This document shows, piece by piece, positions 40,761 through 53,773 of a stretch of DNA of 64,000 bases. The notes under the pieces are model-generated. The model ran no database searches. It was not told where the DNA came from and saw only the letters and a list, made by a program, of their open reading frames with translations. The translations under genes were made by a program, and so were the position numbers. The stretch is from Macrostomum lignano (Eukaryota): assembly GCA_002269645.1 (NCBI GenBank), contig NIVC01001165.1, positions 96,261-160,260 of the forward strand, written 5' to 3'. Each line of letters opens with the position of its first letter. Within the stretch, counting starts at the first letter, position 1.

Positions 40761-41252
40761 ATTCTCATTCACGTATTTTGTATTTTGTATTTTGTATTTC
40801 AAGTTTACACTAACCAGTAACTTATATTCATCCCTAGTGACTATTTTTCACCATTGCTCACTACTGTTCACTGCTAAATACGCCAAGTCTTCATCCCCAG
40901 TCAGGAAATATTTTGCAATAAAAAGTCAAGCTGCAACTTTTCTGTGTAATTTTAGTTGTTTTCATAGACTCTTCGTGTGAAGATTATTAATTATTGTTGA
41001 ATCGGAGTTCCTTGTCAACACAATTCGTGAATCAGTTAAAAACTAAATATACTGTTTTGATAACACACTGCACACGCACATTTGCAAGTGCTTAATGCTT
41101 ATACTTTATACAGATTGGCGAAATCTCGATGCCTATTAGATCAAACTTATTTCAAAACAAACATAAAAGCAAAATCATTTCTGCGATTGTCTGCTTATTC
41201 TGCTTTTGCGATCAGACTAGAAAAGTTCTGTACAGGCCCAACAGCAAGTTCA

Positions 41253-44243
41253 TCAAGAGGCCAGCCTGCAGAAGCAGAATTTCCTCAGACTCGGCATCCT
41301 ATGCGCTATGCAGTTGGCCGCGCTGCCGTATCTGTTTGTCCGGGAAATTTCTCCTATCAGTTCGAAGTCGAGCGCCCGGCCGGTCGCAATTGCCGAGCCG
41401 TTGCGCAAAGCGAAGCGCAGCGTGGCTTCGTACAGACCTGCGTTTGGCACCGTGCCAAACCGGACGGTGACGTAGCCGGCCGCGGTCAGGCTGCGGATTC
41501 GAACCTCGTATGCGAATGCGGCGTCCGTGCGGCGCTCCCGTTGGGACAGCTCGAGGCTGGCCTGTACATGTGATGGGGTGTGGATTGATAGAATAAAGCT
41601 GGACCTACATGTGCAACTAAAAATGCAAGGACACTGCACACCATTTTCTAAGAAATAAACTTTATGATATATTCGATAACGGAGGCTCAAAGCACAAATA
41701 TTTGTGACTTTTCTGTACGTAATAGCAATATTTGATTACAGTTGCAGATGTGCAACCGAAAGCTCGGCCGCAGCTAATGCGCGGCGCATCTGAAATAACC
41801 TGCGTACGGCTGTTCAGTCCAGGAACTGGAGGAGTCACAACACACCCTAATTTACCCCAGCAAATGCTGGCGCTTATTTTACAGCTAAGGGTGAACTGAA
41901 GCAATGCAGAGTTAAGCTTTAAGCTCGAGGACTCAAATTTTTCCGTCGATTGGGTTGAGAATCATGAGCTCACCACACTGACGTCCGCCTCGCTGATGCT
42001 ATCGAGCCGCAGCTCGGTGCACGCGTTCCGGAAGCCGGCCGTGGCGAGGTTCATCTGCGCCACAGCGAACTGAGCAGCTCTCACGGGCAGCTGCTCACTC
42101 TCCGGATGTTGCATCTTCTCAGAGCTCAGACACGAGCACCAGTGAGCCGGGATGCCCGCCTCTGAGCAGCCTCTGGTCTCGGGAACTTCCTCATCGATCA
42201 ACGAGTACGACCTGAACTTGTCCGCAGCAGCAGCAGCGGTCGCATCGGATCCAGCGATGCTCAGCAGAGTCCGGTGAATGTCCGTGGGAATCGTCAGTCG
42301 GTTCCGGTTGGTCGCCAGAGTCTGCCGAGCTCGAGGAAGCCGAGCCTCGAGCTGCCGACTCAGCGCGACTGTCATGAGCGGCAGCGACTCCTCCAGCTTG
42401 CCCTGCATCGAGTTCCTAAGCGGTCCGAGTCTCTGTCCGTGGTCCGACATCAGGATGAGAGTCGTGTTGCTGATGAGGTTCTCGCTGACGAACCACTTCA
42501 GGAAGTCGGTCAGCTCAGCGTCCATCGGAGTGAGGTCTTTGCTCTCGTGAGACAGCGAGCTGAAGAAGCTGAAGGCGAACTTCGGTCGGTCGGGGTACAT
42601 CGAGAACATGTCCTTGATGGCGGTGAGCATTCTGGCAGGCGCCACCTCGTTTCCGATGCAGATGTGATGAGACTGGAGGGCCTCCTGTTTCTGCAGCACC
42701 GGTCTCAGGTAGAAGTCGGCGGGCTCGTTCTTGAAGCCCAGGAATCTCAGCTGGAAGGTCCCTGAAAGTCGAGAATTACGGGAGATCCGGGATGACTTGC
42801 GGCATCCAACAAGAACGACAGTGTATTCACAATCGCAAACTTGTTAGACAGCCTCACCAAAGCTGCTGCCCTCCTCTCCATACAGAGTGAGGTAGCCTAG
42901 CTCCTTCAGCTTGTGGAAGATGAACTGCATCACCTCATCCAGATGCCGAGCTCCCTTGAAGCCCTGGCGAGCTTCGGGCATGTCGGACTCCCTCGTCCCG
43001 GTGAGGATGGGCACCAGAGCTGCCGGCGTGCCGTCTCCCAGGATGTTGTACTGCAGGAGGCTGAGCGCTCCCAGCTGTGTTCTCAGCAGACGGCTCGCAT
43101 TGACGAGAGACCTCAGACTCTCGAGTCGGGAGAGCGAGTCCAGTCCGAGAATGATGATGTTGTCCCGCTTGGCGTCGCCTGGCCGAAGTGGGGGCAGCTG
43201 GGAGTCCCGCAGTCTCCTGGTCCCGTAGTACACGGAGCTGTGCTTCGTGCCGTCTCGCGACCTGCAGGACGCCCGGAAGCCCAGGCTGGGCAGCTCGCTG
43301 CCGTTTCTGATTGGCTGAGCGCTGCCGAACTTGCTGGTGTGATCGTCGAGTCTGAGCACGGGCTCTGCTGAGCAGTTGGCCGCTGCAAACTGGCTGAGCA
43401 GCTGCACTCTGGACTGCGACACCCGCAGCCAGTTGGGGCTGCCCCGCTTGCTGCACAGGTCGGCCGGGATGACGGCGGGCCTTCGATCTCTGATGAACCG
43501 GCTGTACAGCGGCAGGTCCGGCGGTGTGCACCTGCTTGAGCCGTTCGTCTCCTTTGGCAAGCTGCAGTAGTTTGTTTTGTTGCAGAGTGTCACGTGTGTT
43601 TAGATTTAAGTGGCGCACACAATCATCCGATCGGTATTTGAGTTGACGGTTGCTGTTGCTATTAACTTTTAATTACCGATACAATATAACTAACTTATCA
43701 CGAGTTATATAACTACATAACTAGTTATATAGTATCTGTGCTTTTAATCTGATAGCTTGTGAAACCTGAGATGATTTATTTCATTGTCATTGGACTAGCA
43801 GTTCCGTCCCCCCGCGGGTTTTTTTGAAATCAAGAAAGTGTCTAAAGTGTTTTCGTATGCTTTTTAGCCAACAGTGCCGTGATGTCCTCTGATCTGCCAA
43901 ATATTTAGCGAGGCTATCAAAAATTATTAAATAGTTGTTATTCAGGTTTTATTGATTTCGGTCATTGTGTCTAAATCAATTGATAATTCTAGGTATAAAA
44001 TGCATAAACTTCTCACGTCTTTAGAATGGCGATAAAGTCCGCTTCGCTCAAACCTGACGAATTCCTAATAGTAGGAGATACTTTCGTAGTTTTCGGACTG
44101 ATTCGCCGAAGTAGCGAACGTCTTTCGTACACAGCTTGCAGCAGAGTCGCCGTCACGAATATGAGCATCAGGGAGGTGACAATCACAGTCCTTGCTGTTA
44201 GGCAGCCTTTGTCCTGCCTGGCTCTGCCCCTGCAAAGCCCCAT
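41253..44243 (-). CDS. DUF229-family protein (alkaline phosphatase/sulfatase-like fold, type II membrane), copy A, about 675 aa
   Basis: Exons (minus): 44243-44017, 43561-42858, 42761-41974, 41561-41253, GT-AG and phase-consistent (2028 nt). It has an N-terminal signal anchor and the motifs IIILGLDSLSR, YNILGDGTPAAL.P.LTG, ILMSDHGQR, EESLP, IPAHWC.C and SRTNRYG...LRKFCFC, which are typical of DUF229. Confidence 0.85.
41735..41935 (-). mobile_element. SINE family A copy in the last intron of DUF229 copy A
   Basis: gcagatgtgcaaccgaaagctcggccgcagctaatgcgcggcgcatctgaa...ttttacagctaagggtgaactgaagcaatgcagag, homologous to 2552-2800. Confidence 0.75.
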
Positions 44244-45156
44244 GACTATTGAGGACGGATTCCTCTCCAGCTCACTTAGGCAACGAATTCTCGAGCTTAA
44301 ACGTCAAATAGAGCTTGTGACTGTACGCTCGTGGGCAGGTCGAGCTACCCCTGACCTCCTGGCAGTTGAGCGGGAGCTTCAGACAGCTATTGGCCGAGCT
44401 GCACAAATCCTACAGCTGTTGGACATGCGGGGAAGGCGGGAAGGCGGGAGGGGGAGTGGAAGGAGGAATCGAGAGCGAAATGTAAATCCTGTACAGAGAG
44501 GTTGTCATTCGGTGAGAACAGAAGATACAAGACGTGCTTCGGCTTCATTCTGTACTAAGCTAGAAGGGTATGTGCTATAGGCTTGTTGGTCAAAGGATAC
44601 CTAAAGTAGGAGATAAGCGCAGTGCAGTCTGATTTGATTTCTGCCTCTTATCTACTCACGGTTTACATGTAGCTCCTAAATAAGATATTCGGCAATGTCC
44701 CGTACCGTCGCGAAATTTCAGCTTGCGCTAATAGAATTCACTTTCTCCCTTTTCATTTTCTTCCATTCCCTGTGTGCCAAGTCCATCTTCTATCTACCGC
44801 GCTCTACGTACTGTACATTCTTATCTTGTTTTCCGATTATCGATAGGTGACTTTTCAGTGAGCCCCCCCCCTCGGTCTCGTTAGAGCATTTTAGCCCTCG
44901 CCCTTTACCCATTTCTTCTTATCTTTTCTCTCCCCTCTCTCTCAACCACGCAAATAAATATACTACTGGAGGAGCCTTTTCATCTTACGTTTGGTTTTTC
45001 AAGTTTTTATTGTCTACGTATTCACTGGCCAGTGTTATTTCTTCAGTTATTTTTCTACACGTACAAACCAAGAATCTCTCTGAGGTCCAATAGCCCTTAC
45101 CAACTTCTCTGAGGTTTCTAACCAACCTAAAACGTCTCAAAAGTTCCTCAACAGGT

Positions 45157-45345
45157 ACAGATCACAGTACACTGAGCTCATGCTCCGGCCCATGACCAGC
45201 TAGCCGCATATCCAAGTTGGGCTTGTCCATCTCTACCGGACTGTATCGATCCGAATTAGGAATTTTTACTTACGAGCTACTATACTTGAATGAATTAGCT
45301 CCTAATGACGTTCATGTGACGAAGAAACGTATTGGTCAGCATGAA
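45157..45345 (+). repeat. Dispersed repeat, homologous to 51322-51560, ending in a hammerhead-like core
   Basis: tcacagtacactgagctcatgctccggcccatgaccagcta aligns with tcacagtactctgagctcacgctccaacccatggccagcta. Both copies end in CT(A/G)ATGAcgt...GAAACg. Confidence 0.55.
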
Positions 45346-45839
45346 ATGTCCTGTTTATTGTCTTACAGTGTCTTACGTAAGCCTCATCAATGATTTTTAT
45401 TTATTCCCAGTGAAATGAGCCCCTAGCGCACCTCGTGGTCGTGGGGGTCATTATAATTTATTAAAATTTATCTGACTCAGCCTAGAATTCTACAACAGAA
45501 TTTATTGCCTTCCAACCTACCCAGGGAGACAGCCGTCTATGCAGTTTGTTGAGTCTATGCTCACTGCATTGGCGAAATTCCCTATGGAATTCAACAGTCT
45601 GGTATAAAGTAGTTTATTTGGAGTTCGAGTTGCCAACAAGAAAGTTAACATACATGTAACTGCATGGGGTATAGATGTACTGCGTGGTGACGATGTTTCT
45701 ATTCAAAATTGATGAGAAACCCTTCAAAAAAGCACGAGTGCTCGTAATATTCTATCTGATTTGTTGGATTCTATTAATTAGACGCATTAAGCTATAGTTA
45801 TCTGATTTTAGTAAACCTCTCGATACTCAAGTTTCAAGG

Positions 45840-46650
45840 TCTCATAGTCCTATCCCCAGTCCTATAGTCCCGGTCGTATAGTATAGTCCCAGTCCTTTAG
45901 TCCTAGTCATAAAGTCTCCAGTCCTATAGTCACAGTCCTACATGTATAGTCCCAGTCCTATAGTCCCAGTCCTATAGTCCCAATCCTATAGTCCCAGTCC
46001 TATGGTCCCAGTCCTATAGTCCCAGTCCTATTGTCCCAGTCCTATAGTCCCAGTCTATAGTCACAGTCCTACATGTATAGTTCCGGTCCTATAGTCACAG
46101 TCCTACATGTATAGTCCCAGTCCTATAGTCACAGTCCTACATGTATAGTCCCAGTCCTATAGTCTCAGTCCTATAGTCCCAGTCCTATAGTCCCAGTCTA
46201 TAGTCACAGTCCTACATGTATAGTTCCGGTCCTATAGTCACAGTCCTACATGTATAGTTCCGGTCCTATAGTCACAGTCCTACATGTATAGTCCCAGTCC
46301 TATAGTCACAGTCCTACATGTATAGTCCCAGTCCTATAGTCTCAGTCCTATAGTACCAGTCCTATAGTACCAGTCCTATAGTTCCAGTCCTATAGTCCCA
46401 GTCCTATAGTCCCAGTCCTATAGTCCCAGTCCTATAGTCCCAGTCCTATAGTCCCAGTCCTATAGTTCCAGTCCTATAGTCCCAGTCCTATAGTCCCAGT
46501 CCTATAGTCCCAGTCCTATAGTCCCAGTCCTATAGTCCCAGTCCTATAGTCATAGCCATATAGTCTCAGTGCTATATTCCCAGTCATATAGTCCCAGCCC
46601 CTATAGTTCCAGTCCTTAGCCACTGCACAGTCCTATAGTCCCGAGTCCCA
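45840..46650. repeat. 14-bp minisatellite (gtcctatagtccca) with 20-bp variants
   Basis: Directly visible tandem array. Confidence 0.95.
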
Positions 46651-48427
46651 GTCTTCAGTCCTACTGTATAGCCCCCCCCCCAGACATCTGTCTCAAGCTC
46701 TGCAGTGCTTTTAATCCCCCTGTTATCTAATCTTGCAGACTCAAAAAAGCATCGCTATGAAATGAAACCAATTTTTGCGCAAATTTATGAAATGAAATTC
46801 GTCAAATTCGTGCACCAGTTGCATGATTTCATGGTTCAATTGATGGCGAAGTGAACGAGAATAAATTTATGACTTAATAACTTGATGTACTCAAGCAATG
46901 AGAGGCAATGATACGCATTTTGCGTCTGCGCTCATCTACAATACTAAAAGAACATAGCTTTAAATGTAGGCCAGGCAAACACAACTTGCATGTGTTGTGC
47001 TATAGGCCGGATCACTACCCTGACTATCACAGTGAACGAGCCGAAGATGGCGTCAGTCAACTGGCCGGACTGACTCGGACTCTGAGCGGGGGATCACGTC
47101 AGGAGACTTAATCAGCCCGTCCCTAATGCACAAATTAATTCCCACCAGTCCCTCAAATAAGAAAGACACGCGACTCACTCTGTTTCTCCGGGTAACAGCG
47201 GTGGCGGCAGCAGGGGTGGCTTCTCTCAATGTTCTCTCTTCAGTCTATAGAATAGACAGGTATCTAGATTGCAGTATTAGACTTATGGCTGTGACTTGCA
47301 CAATTCAACCAAGGAAAGAGATGCCTCCCCTACTGCCGCTTCTGCATATATTTATATTTGTGCTAGCTGGTTAAGCCCTGGGGTATCGCTACCCCAGGCC
47401 CAGCTAGCCAAAATTACGAGGTCGTCTTATCCAACAAAGAAAAAGTTACAAGTCGGGGTCGCGATTGGAGGGGAGAGGAAACAAACCGATTGGCTGGACC
47501 ACCAGCCAATCGCAGGGTGAGCGAGGGGGCGCACTGGGGCCGCAGCCAGCCAAAGCCAGCTGGCCTAACAGGCAGTGGGGTGGATGCAACTCGAGGGGGG
47601 TTGACGCAGACAGAATGGGAGGGGTTGACGCAGACAGAATGGGAGGGGTTGACGCAGACAGAATGGGAGGGGTTGAGCAGACAGAATAGGGGGGTTGGCG
47701 CAGGCACGCGGCCAGGGGGGGGGGGGGGAGTGCAGTGCCGGGCACACTTTGACCGAGAGCCAGAGATTGCTCATCGGTGCAAGTGCACCCGGGGACAACA
47801 CATGCAAGGACTGACTGCTTTAAACGAGTATTTCCACACGACAACCTCAGTAAAGTTGAACGAAGCACGGGTGTGAGCAAAGCAAGCCCCCGATTCCTGA
47901 GTGAACTGAGTGAACTTTTGTGAACCCGTGTCTGCGCTCGTACGCTGCAGTGAAACAATATAAGCTGGGCTGTCCGAGAACGCCTATTCCTTCTTGACTG
48001 CAAGGGGGAATCATACCTTACCATACCTAATCATACCAAGGGGGGTCATACCTTGTTAAACCTAGTTAAACGGGGCAGTTGGACCAACTTAACTATAGAA
48101 ACGCCTCACACCATACAGATGTGAAATTGCTGTCGTTGTAAACAGTAAAATTACATAATGACCTGAAGTTGTTAGTGACCTATGTTAGACATTTTTAGTG
48201 AAAAGCTTTTTAACTTACTCTAGCCGCAAAAGCGTTGTAGTTAAAATTAATAAGCCTCAACTTTCTAAGCATGCCTTCATTAATAAAAACAACAAACTTT
48301 TAATCATGCATTGTTATAATTACATTTTAGATCGTAGTTATGTGTTAATCCACTAACTCTAACTTCATGAAGTCCCGGCTTTGAAAATATAGCACCTGTC
48401 ATCTAGGTCTGGCGCTCAATGAGTTAA

Positions 48428-49700
48428 AAATTAAAGATGATAACGACATCGTTACAGCTGACACCACCGATTCCTTAGCCTTGGGTTACTTTTCTTTTCT
48501 CACATTGAAGAAAAAGTAAATGAAAATTCATAAAGCGCTTTCGACGAGTGAGACTTTTTAGTCCACTTAAGTCATACGATGAGAGTTACCTCAGCAGGCA
48601 GACAAACATGCGCGGCATATTAACGAAACAACAGTAGGGGTGTTCGTGGCTCAGGTCGGGGTTCGGGTCGGAGTTCGGGGTTCTGGTCGGGGTTCGGGTC
48701 GGGGTTCGGGGTTCTGGTCGGGGTTCGGGTGGGGGTTCGGGTCGGGGTTCGGGTCGGGGTTCGGGTCGGGGTTCGGGGGTTCGGGTCGGGGTTCGGTGTT
48801 CTGGTCGGGGTTCGGGTGGGGGTTCGGGTCGGGGTTCGGGTCGGGGTTCGGGTCGGGGTTCTGGTCGGGGTTCGGGTCGGGGTTCTGGTCGGGGTTCTGG
48901 TCGGGGTTCGGGTCGGGGTTCGGGTCGGGGTTCGGGTTAAGGTTCGGGATTCTGGTCGGGGTTCGGGGTCGGATTTGGCCACCGGGTTTTTCGTGGTTTT
49001 TGGGGTTTTTCAGAATGATCACTTTTAAGTTAGTTTTCAGCCGGTTTTGACTCTATGCAAAATACACAATGAGAACAATTTAGGGTGACCTTCGGATATA
49101 TTTTAGGTTGTACATGTACATTACATCGGGCTAGAAATAAAAATAGCAAATACATGTAGTACCACAGATGCATGCAGAAATTTTTGGAAATAACAAAAAT
49201 CGTTGATGTTGATTTTTTTAAATCGTCTGGAGTTATTTTATCCCGTGGTTTGAACTGCATGCTTCAATCATAACTTAGTAAGTATGTAATTTTTGAATAA
49301 TTTATTTGAGATTTGCCCGCCGACGCATTGCTCGCCGAGATTTTCCTGCAGAGCATTTTGCCACGCGTCAGGTTCTGTCTGCATTGCCTCCCTCCAATGC
49401 TTGCGCTCATATTAGTCTTAATAGAGAGATTTAGGAGACAACAAAGCGACTTGTCCTGCAGGAGATTCTCGCGCTCTCGAGTGTATCGCATTGAATGGGA
49501 ATACAGCTATATGTATGGGAAACGCAGAATAAAGTGTGAGGAGTTGTTTCGTTAATTTGCCGCGCATTTTTTGTCAATAGCGCTTAATGACTTTTAACTT
49601 ACTTTTTCTTAAATGTGAGAAAAGAAAAGTAGCCTAAGGCCAACATTTTTCCAGGAATCAGTAATGTCAGCTGTAACGATGTCGTTGTCATCTTAAATTT
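48428..49700. repeat. About 125-bp imperfect inverted repeat (48428-48546 / 49573-49700) enclosing a G-rich (GGGTTC/GGGGTC)n array at 48650-48990
   Basis: aaattaaagatgataacgacatcgttacagctgaca...ttacttttcttttctcacattgaagaaaaagtaa matches the reverse complement of the right arm. Confidence 0.85.
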
Positions 49701-50429
49701 TTAGTTTCTGTGTGATTTTTTTTACATAAAATTAGTTGTCGTTAAGTAAATTGCAGGTTGTATAAATATTGTTTTGATCTATTTTATTATAAAAATTTGT
49801 ACTTTAAGTTATATTAATTAAATTCTAGTTTATTATTATATTTTTCTGATAGTCATCCAAGGTTTTAATGAACTGAATACCCCGCCAATTTAAATTGTCT
49901 TCGCGCGTTTTTTGTGTGCCTCGTAACTTGGCTTTTTTCTCGTGCACCATTCGTCTTGTCGAATAAATTACTGCAATAACTTAAATTAAATAATTAAATT
50001 CAAAGCCTAATTAGTAAATTAAGGCTTAGGAAAGTAAATTACGTCATAAAGCGCTTTTTCCGTTAGGGAGTCTAACAACCGCATTATTTAACTTTCCAGA
50101 AGGGTTGAAATTGTGTCCTTACTTTCATTTATAATGTTATGCATGTTTCAATTGTTTTTGAGCTTACTTTGGCGCCCAAAACGTTTCCAATTAGAGTAAT
50201 ATACAAAAAAGCGCTGTATTGTAACCAAACAGGCGTATTAATTGATAAAAATAATTGACCAATTCAGTGTCAAAAAGTTCGGGATTAGGTTCTGGGTCGG
50301 GTCGAGTTTTAGCACCAGGGTTCGGGGTTTGAAAAAAATGTTCGGATCGGGGTTCGGGGTTTCGGGGTCCCCGAAACTGTCCGTCCTTAACATAATTGAC
50401 TTACTTACTTGACTTCTAAGTAAGACCTG

Positions 50430-50760
50430 CTTGGACTCACTGCAGGGACAGGGTGGTTACCATGGCCCTCTCAGGTCATGGCTTTTTCTCCAGGCATCGC
50501 TAACTCCAGGGAAAATCCGTAGCGATGAATTCCCATTCTGCCTCCCCGGTGTCAAGATTCGAGAATGCGGAGCACTTTTCATCTGTGAATGCTCCGCCTT
50601 TACTCAGGACAGGCTCACCTACCTTGGCCCAAACCCGGACCTCTCCGACGCTTTCAGGCCCGAGAATCTCTGCCAGCTCATCCGCTACCTGATGACTTTA
50701 TTGGTCCGCTTCTCTCGCCTTGACGTCGACAAAAGCAGCAGCAGTGGAATCTAGTGGAGA
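50430..50760 (+). mobile_element. Degenerate 3' end of a non-LTR retrotransposon (I/Jockey/R1-type C-terminal CCHC region)
   Basis: Across stops and frameshifts it reads RVVTMALSGHGFFSRH...GKIRSDE.PFC...ENAEHF.ICECSAFTQDRLTYLG...NLCQLIRYL. This matches the TGH...C..C....E..EH..C.C....R C-terminal signature. Confidence 0.65.
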
Positions 50761-51321
50761 CTAACGGTCGACCTGTCCAAGGTGTCCCTGGAAACCACCA
50801 ATGGACAGTACCCACCACCGAGCCTGCAGGGGAGAGAGGAAGTGTGGGACCAACCTGAATGCTGACCCCTGAACGTGAATGCTTGACTATACCGAGCATA
50901 CGACAAGGTCTGGCGCATACGAGAGCCGCCGGGGTGGACAGCTGGACCCTCCGGGCGGTGTACATCGCAACTGGCCGCAAAGGGAATCCCCGGCGATAGT
51001 CACTGTCGTACACGACTATCAGCGCGAACACCGCGGATGCTGGCGGCTTGTCAGCCAGGAGCTCGACAGCCACGGCGTCCTTGACCATCCCCGCAGGTCG
51101 GGAGGCCCCGCCGCAACCGCAGCCGCCATGGACGGTACAGCTAGGACAGACAGCTTCGAACTAAATCTGGCACTCCAGTGCAACAGCACCAACAACACCG
51201 ATTCCCAAACTAGTGTACGCTCGTAGTAATTTAGTCATATATAATTATTGGATTCAAACCAAACATAGAAACGGGAGGAGAGGACGGTAGAGAGGGAGAG
51301 AGATGCATGTAGACCCTAGGG

Positions 51322-51560
51322 ACAATTCACAGTACTCTGAGCTCACGCTCCAACCCATGGCCAGCTACCTGCACATTAAAATTGGGTTTGCAGTTCTTTA
51401 GCTGAATTGAATCCACGACCCGGTTTTGTATTTTTTACTTTCTGTTCTTTATACACTTAAAAATATAAATGTATCGGTGTTGTGCCAACTTAAATGAACC
51501 GCTGGCCCCTGATGACGTCAGTTGTGAGGACAAAATGAAACGCAGAACCGGATAGGGATC
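51322..51560 (+). repeat. Second copy of the dispersed repeat with a hammerhead-like core
   Basis: CTGATGA at 51509-51515 and GAAAC at 51537-51541. The upstream sequence is homologous to 45157 onward. Confidence 0.55.
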
Positions 51561-52288
51561 CCCACGAAGGAAAATTACCCATTTAAGCTCGTAGTCGGCT
51601 GGACCCACGGTGGATCCAGACTGGACTGGTCTAATGCGAGTTCACGGGGTACAGGGATGATGGGATGAGGAGTTGAGGTCTCAGGACGCTGCCATTGGAC
51701 AAGAGGATACGGGGTCGACGGTTACATGAAGTTACATCAAGCTACATAAAATATTTGTTCTTATTCTCTGGTTCTGTTTTTATGAATAATTATTAAACTA
51801 AAAGGAAGCAAATGATAGCATTCGTTTGACAAAACCTAATATGTATCGATATTATAAGATCTACGGTCCCACCAACCGTTGAACCATCCGTCTAGACCAG
51901 AGTGTTTCTTTAATGGAATCTTTATCTAGTCCTTTGTAATTCTCTGTTTTCTCTGAAGTTCTGCCTAAACAAGCTAATAGCCTATTTATTCCCAATCATC
52001 TGGGAGAATTTCAACAGAGCTACCGGCCGGGCGGGTCATGAATATTAAAATTTATTTGAATTTATTACCTTCCACACAGCACGCTGAGACAGTACAAGCC
52101 TACTTGTATTTGAGGCAAATGCCAGCGCAGCTTCGATGCCACTCTCAATATTGTGCAGATGTACTGTATTGATTAATATATTACTATCAAAATATGATAA
52201 AAAAACGCTTTGGACACAAGGCATGACTGCTCTTAATATTTTATTGGGTTTTTAAATTTTATCATGATGTAATTAGACCAATTTATCT

Positions 52289-53008
52289 TTAGTTCAGGTT
52301 TAATAGACCTCGATGCTCAAGTTCCAAGTTGTCTCGCTTGACGTCGCCTGGCCGCAGTGGGGGCAGCTGGGAGTCCCGCAGTCTCCTGGTCCCGTAGTAC
52401 ACGGAGCTCTGCTTCGTGCCGTCTCGCGACCTGCAGGACGCCCGGAAGCCCAGGCTGGGCAGCTCGCTGCCGTTTCTGATTGGCTGAGCGCTGCCGAACT
52501 TGCTGGTGTGATCGTCGAGTCTGAGCACGGGCTCTGCTGAGCAGCTGGCCGTTGCGAACTGGCTGAGCAGCTGCACTCTGGACTGCGACACCCGCAGCCA
52601 GTTGGGGCTGCCCCGCTTGCTGCACAGGTCGGCCGGGATGACGGCGGGCCTTCGATCTCTGATGAACCGGCTGTACAGCGGCAGGTCCGGTGGTGCGCAT
52701 CTGCTTGAGCCCTGCTCAGCTTCTGGAAGCCTGCAATCGGTTGATTTGAGTCGTTTAAAAGTCCTCATGAAAATGGATGTGTAATTAATCCCAATTTAAC
52801 CCTGTGCAAACTAATTAGTTATTAGTGAATGGCGGTCTCACGTAGCTATGATGGCCTTGAAGTCTTGTTCGCTGATGCCGGGTTCGGGCGTCAATTGCAG
52901 AATTCGGCGCACTGCTTGTGGCGGTTTCCTCGGGGTTGCAATGATGAGCAGTCCGGCTAGGCAGCCGAAGATTATGCGAATTCTGGACTTGAGAAGGTTT
53001 TTTATCAT
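52289..53008 (-). pseudogene. Truncated DUF229 paralog (copy B): signal-anchor exon plus first part of exon 2
   Basis: Exon 53008-52842 (MIKNLLKSRIRIIFGCLAGLLIIA...GISEQDFKAIIAT|gtgaga) splices in phase to 52730 (LPEAEQGSSRCAPPDLPLYSRF...GDVKRDN). Homology stops at about 52328, just before IIILGLDS, and a stop follows at 52289. Confidence 0.8.
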
Positions 53009-53773
53009 GTCAAATGCACGCGAGACACATGTGCGAGTTTGATCTAATTTAAATACGATGTATGTATCACTATAAAACTGGTGCAGCTAAAATCTTGTTG
53101 TTTTTTAAATATGAAATACGCTGCAGGCTACCGGACATTTCAAGGCAACAATTGGTCACTTGAAAAAACCGTTTAAAATAATGACCAGACCAATTTAACA
53201 TGAAAAATCGATTAATGCGTCGTTAGAGCAGCATGCGAGGCACAAAATAGTGTGATTAGGACTTTCTCTGACACTGTTAAGAGACCCAATCACTGTTATA
53301 GTGTTGAAAATCGTGAAATTTCTTATCTCCGTGTAGTGTATTTTTCCGGTGAAACCTGCCTTTTTGAAACTATTTCTGAACGAAAAGCTTTATGAATATT
53401 GATAGAGCAATAAGAAAGGCACAACATATCAAAAGATGAACACTGGAGCTGCCTCCTATCAAAAGCAATAAGAATTTTTGTGCTGAAACAATTAAAACCT
53501 CCTATCTCTGTAGTGTATTTTTCGGCGAAAAGTTGCCTTCAAAACATTTACCATAGATTTCGAGTGTTGCGTCCTTCTACTTAAGTTGTCCTTGGGAATA
53601 ACATCGTGCCAGAGAAACACAAGTAGAAGTTGTACCAGTGAGAATTAAGCAGCTGAAATTGAAATCAAATTATTCAGTAAGAACGCAATGTCCAGCCTGC
53701 AGTGGGGGAAGCGTCTGGACCTGTCAGTCACTGTTTAGCAGTGTAAAGTTCAACCAGCCACCGTCAAACCGAT

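Noticed and set aside
42274-43618. Antisense and alternate-frame ORFs overlapping DUF229 exons (also 60954-62351)
   Set aside because: Shadow ORFs of GC-rich coding sequence. They are conserved only because the DNA is duplicated.
48650-48990. Interstitial telomere
   Set aside because: The units are GGGTTC/GGGGTC rather than TTAGGG; only a single gggtta is present.
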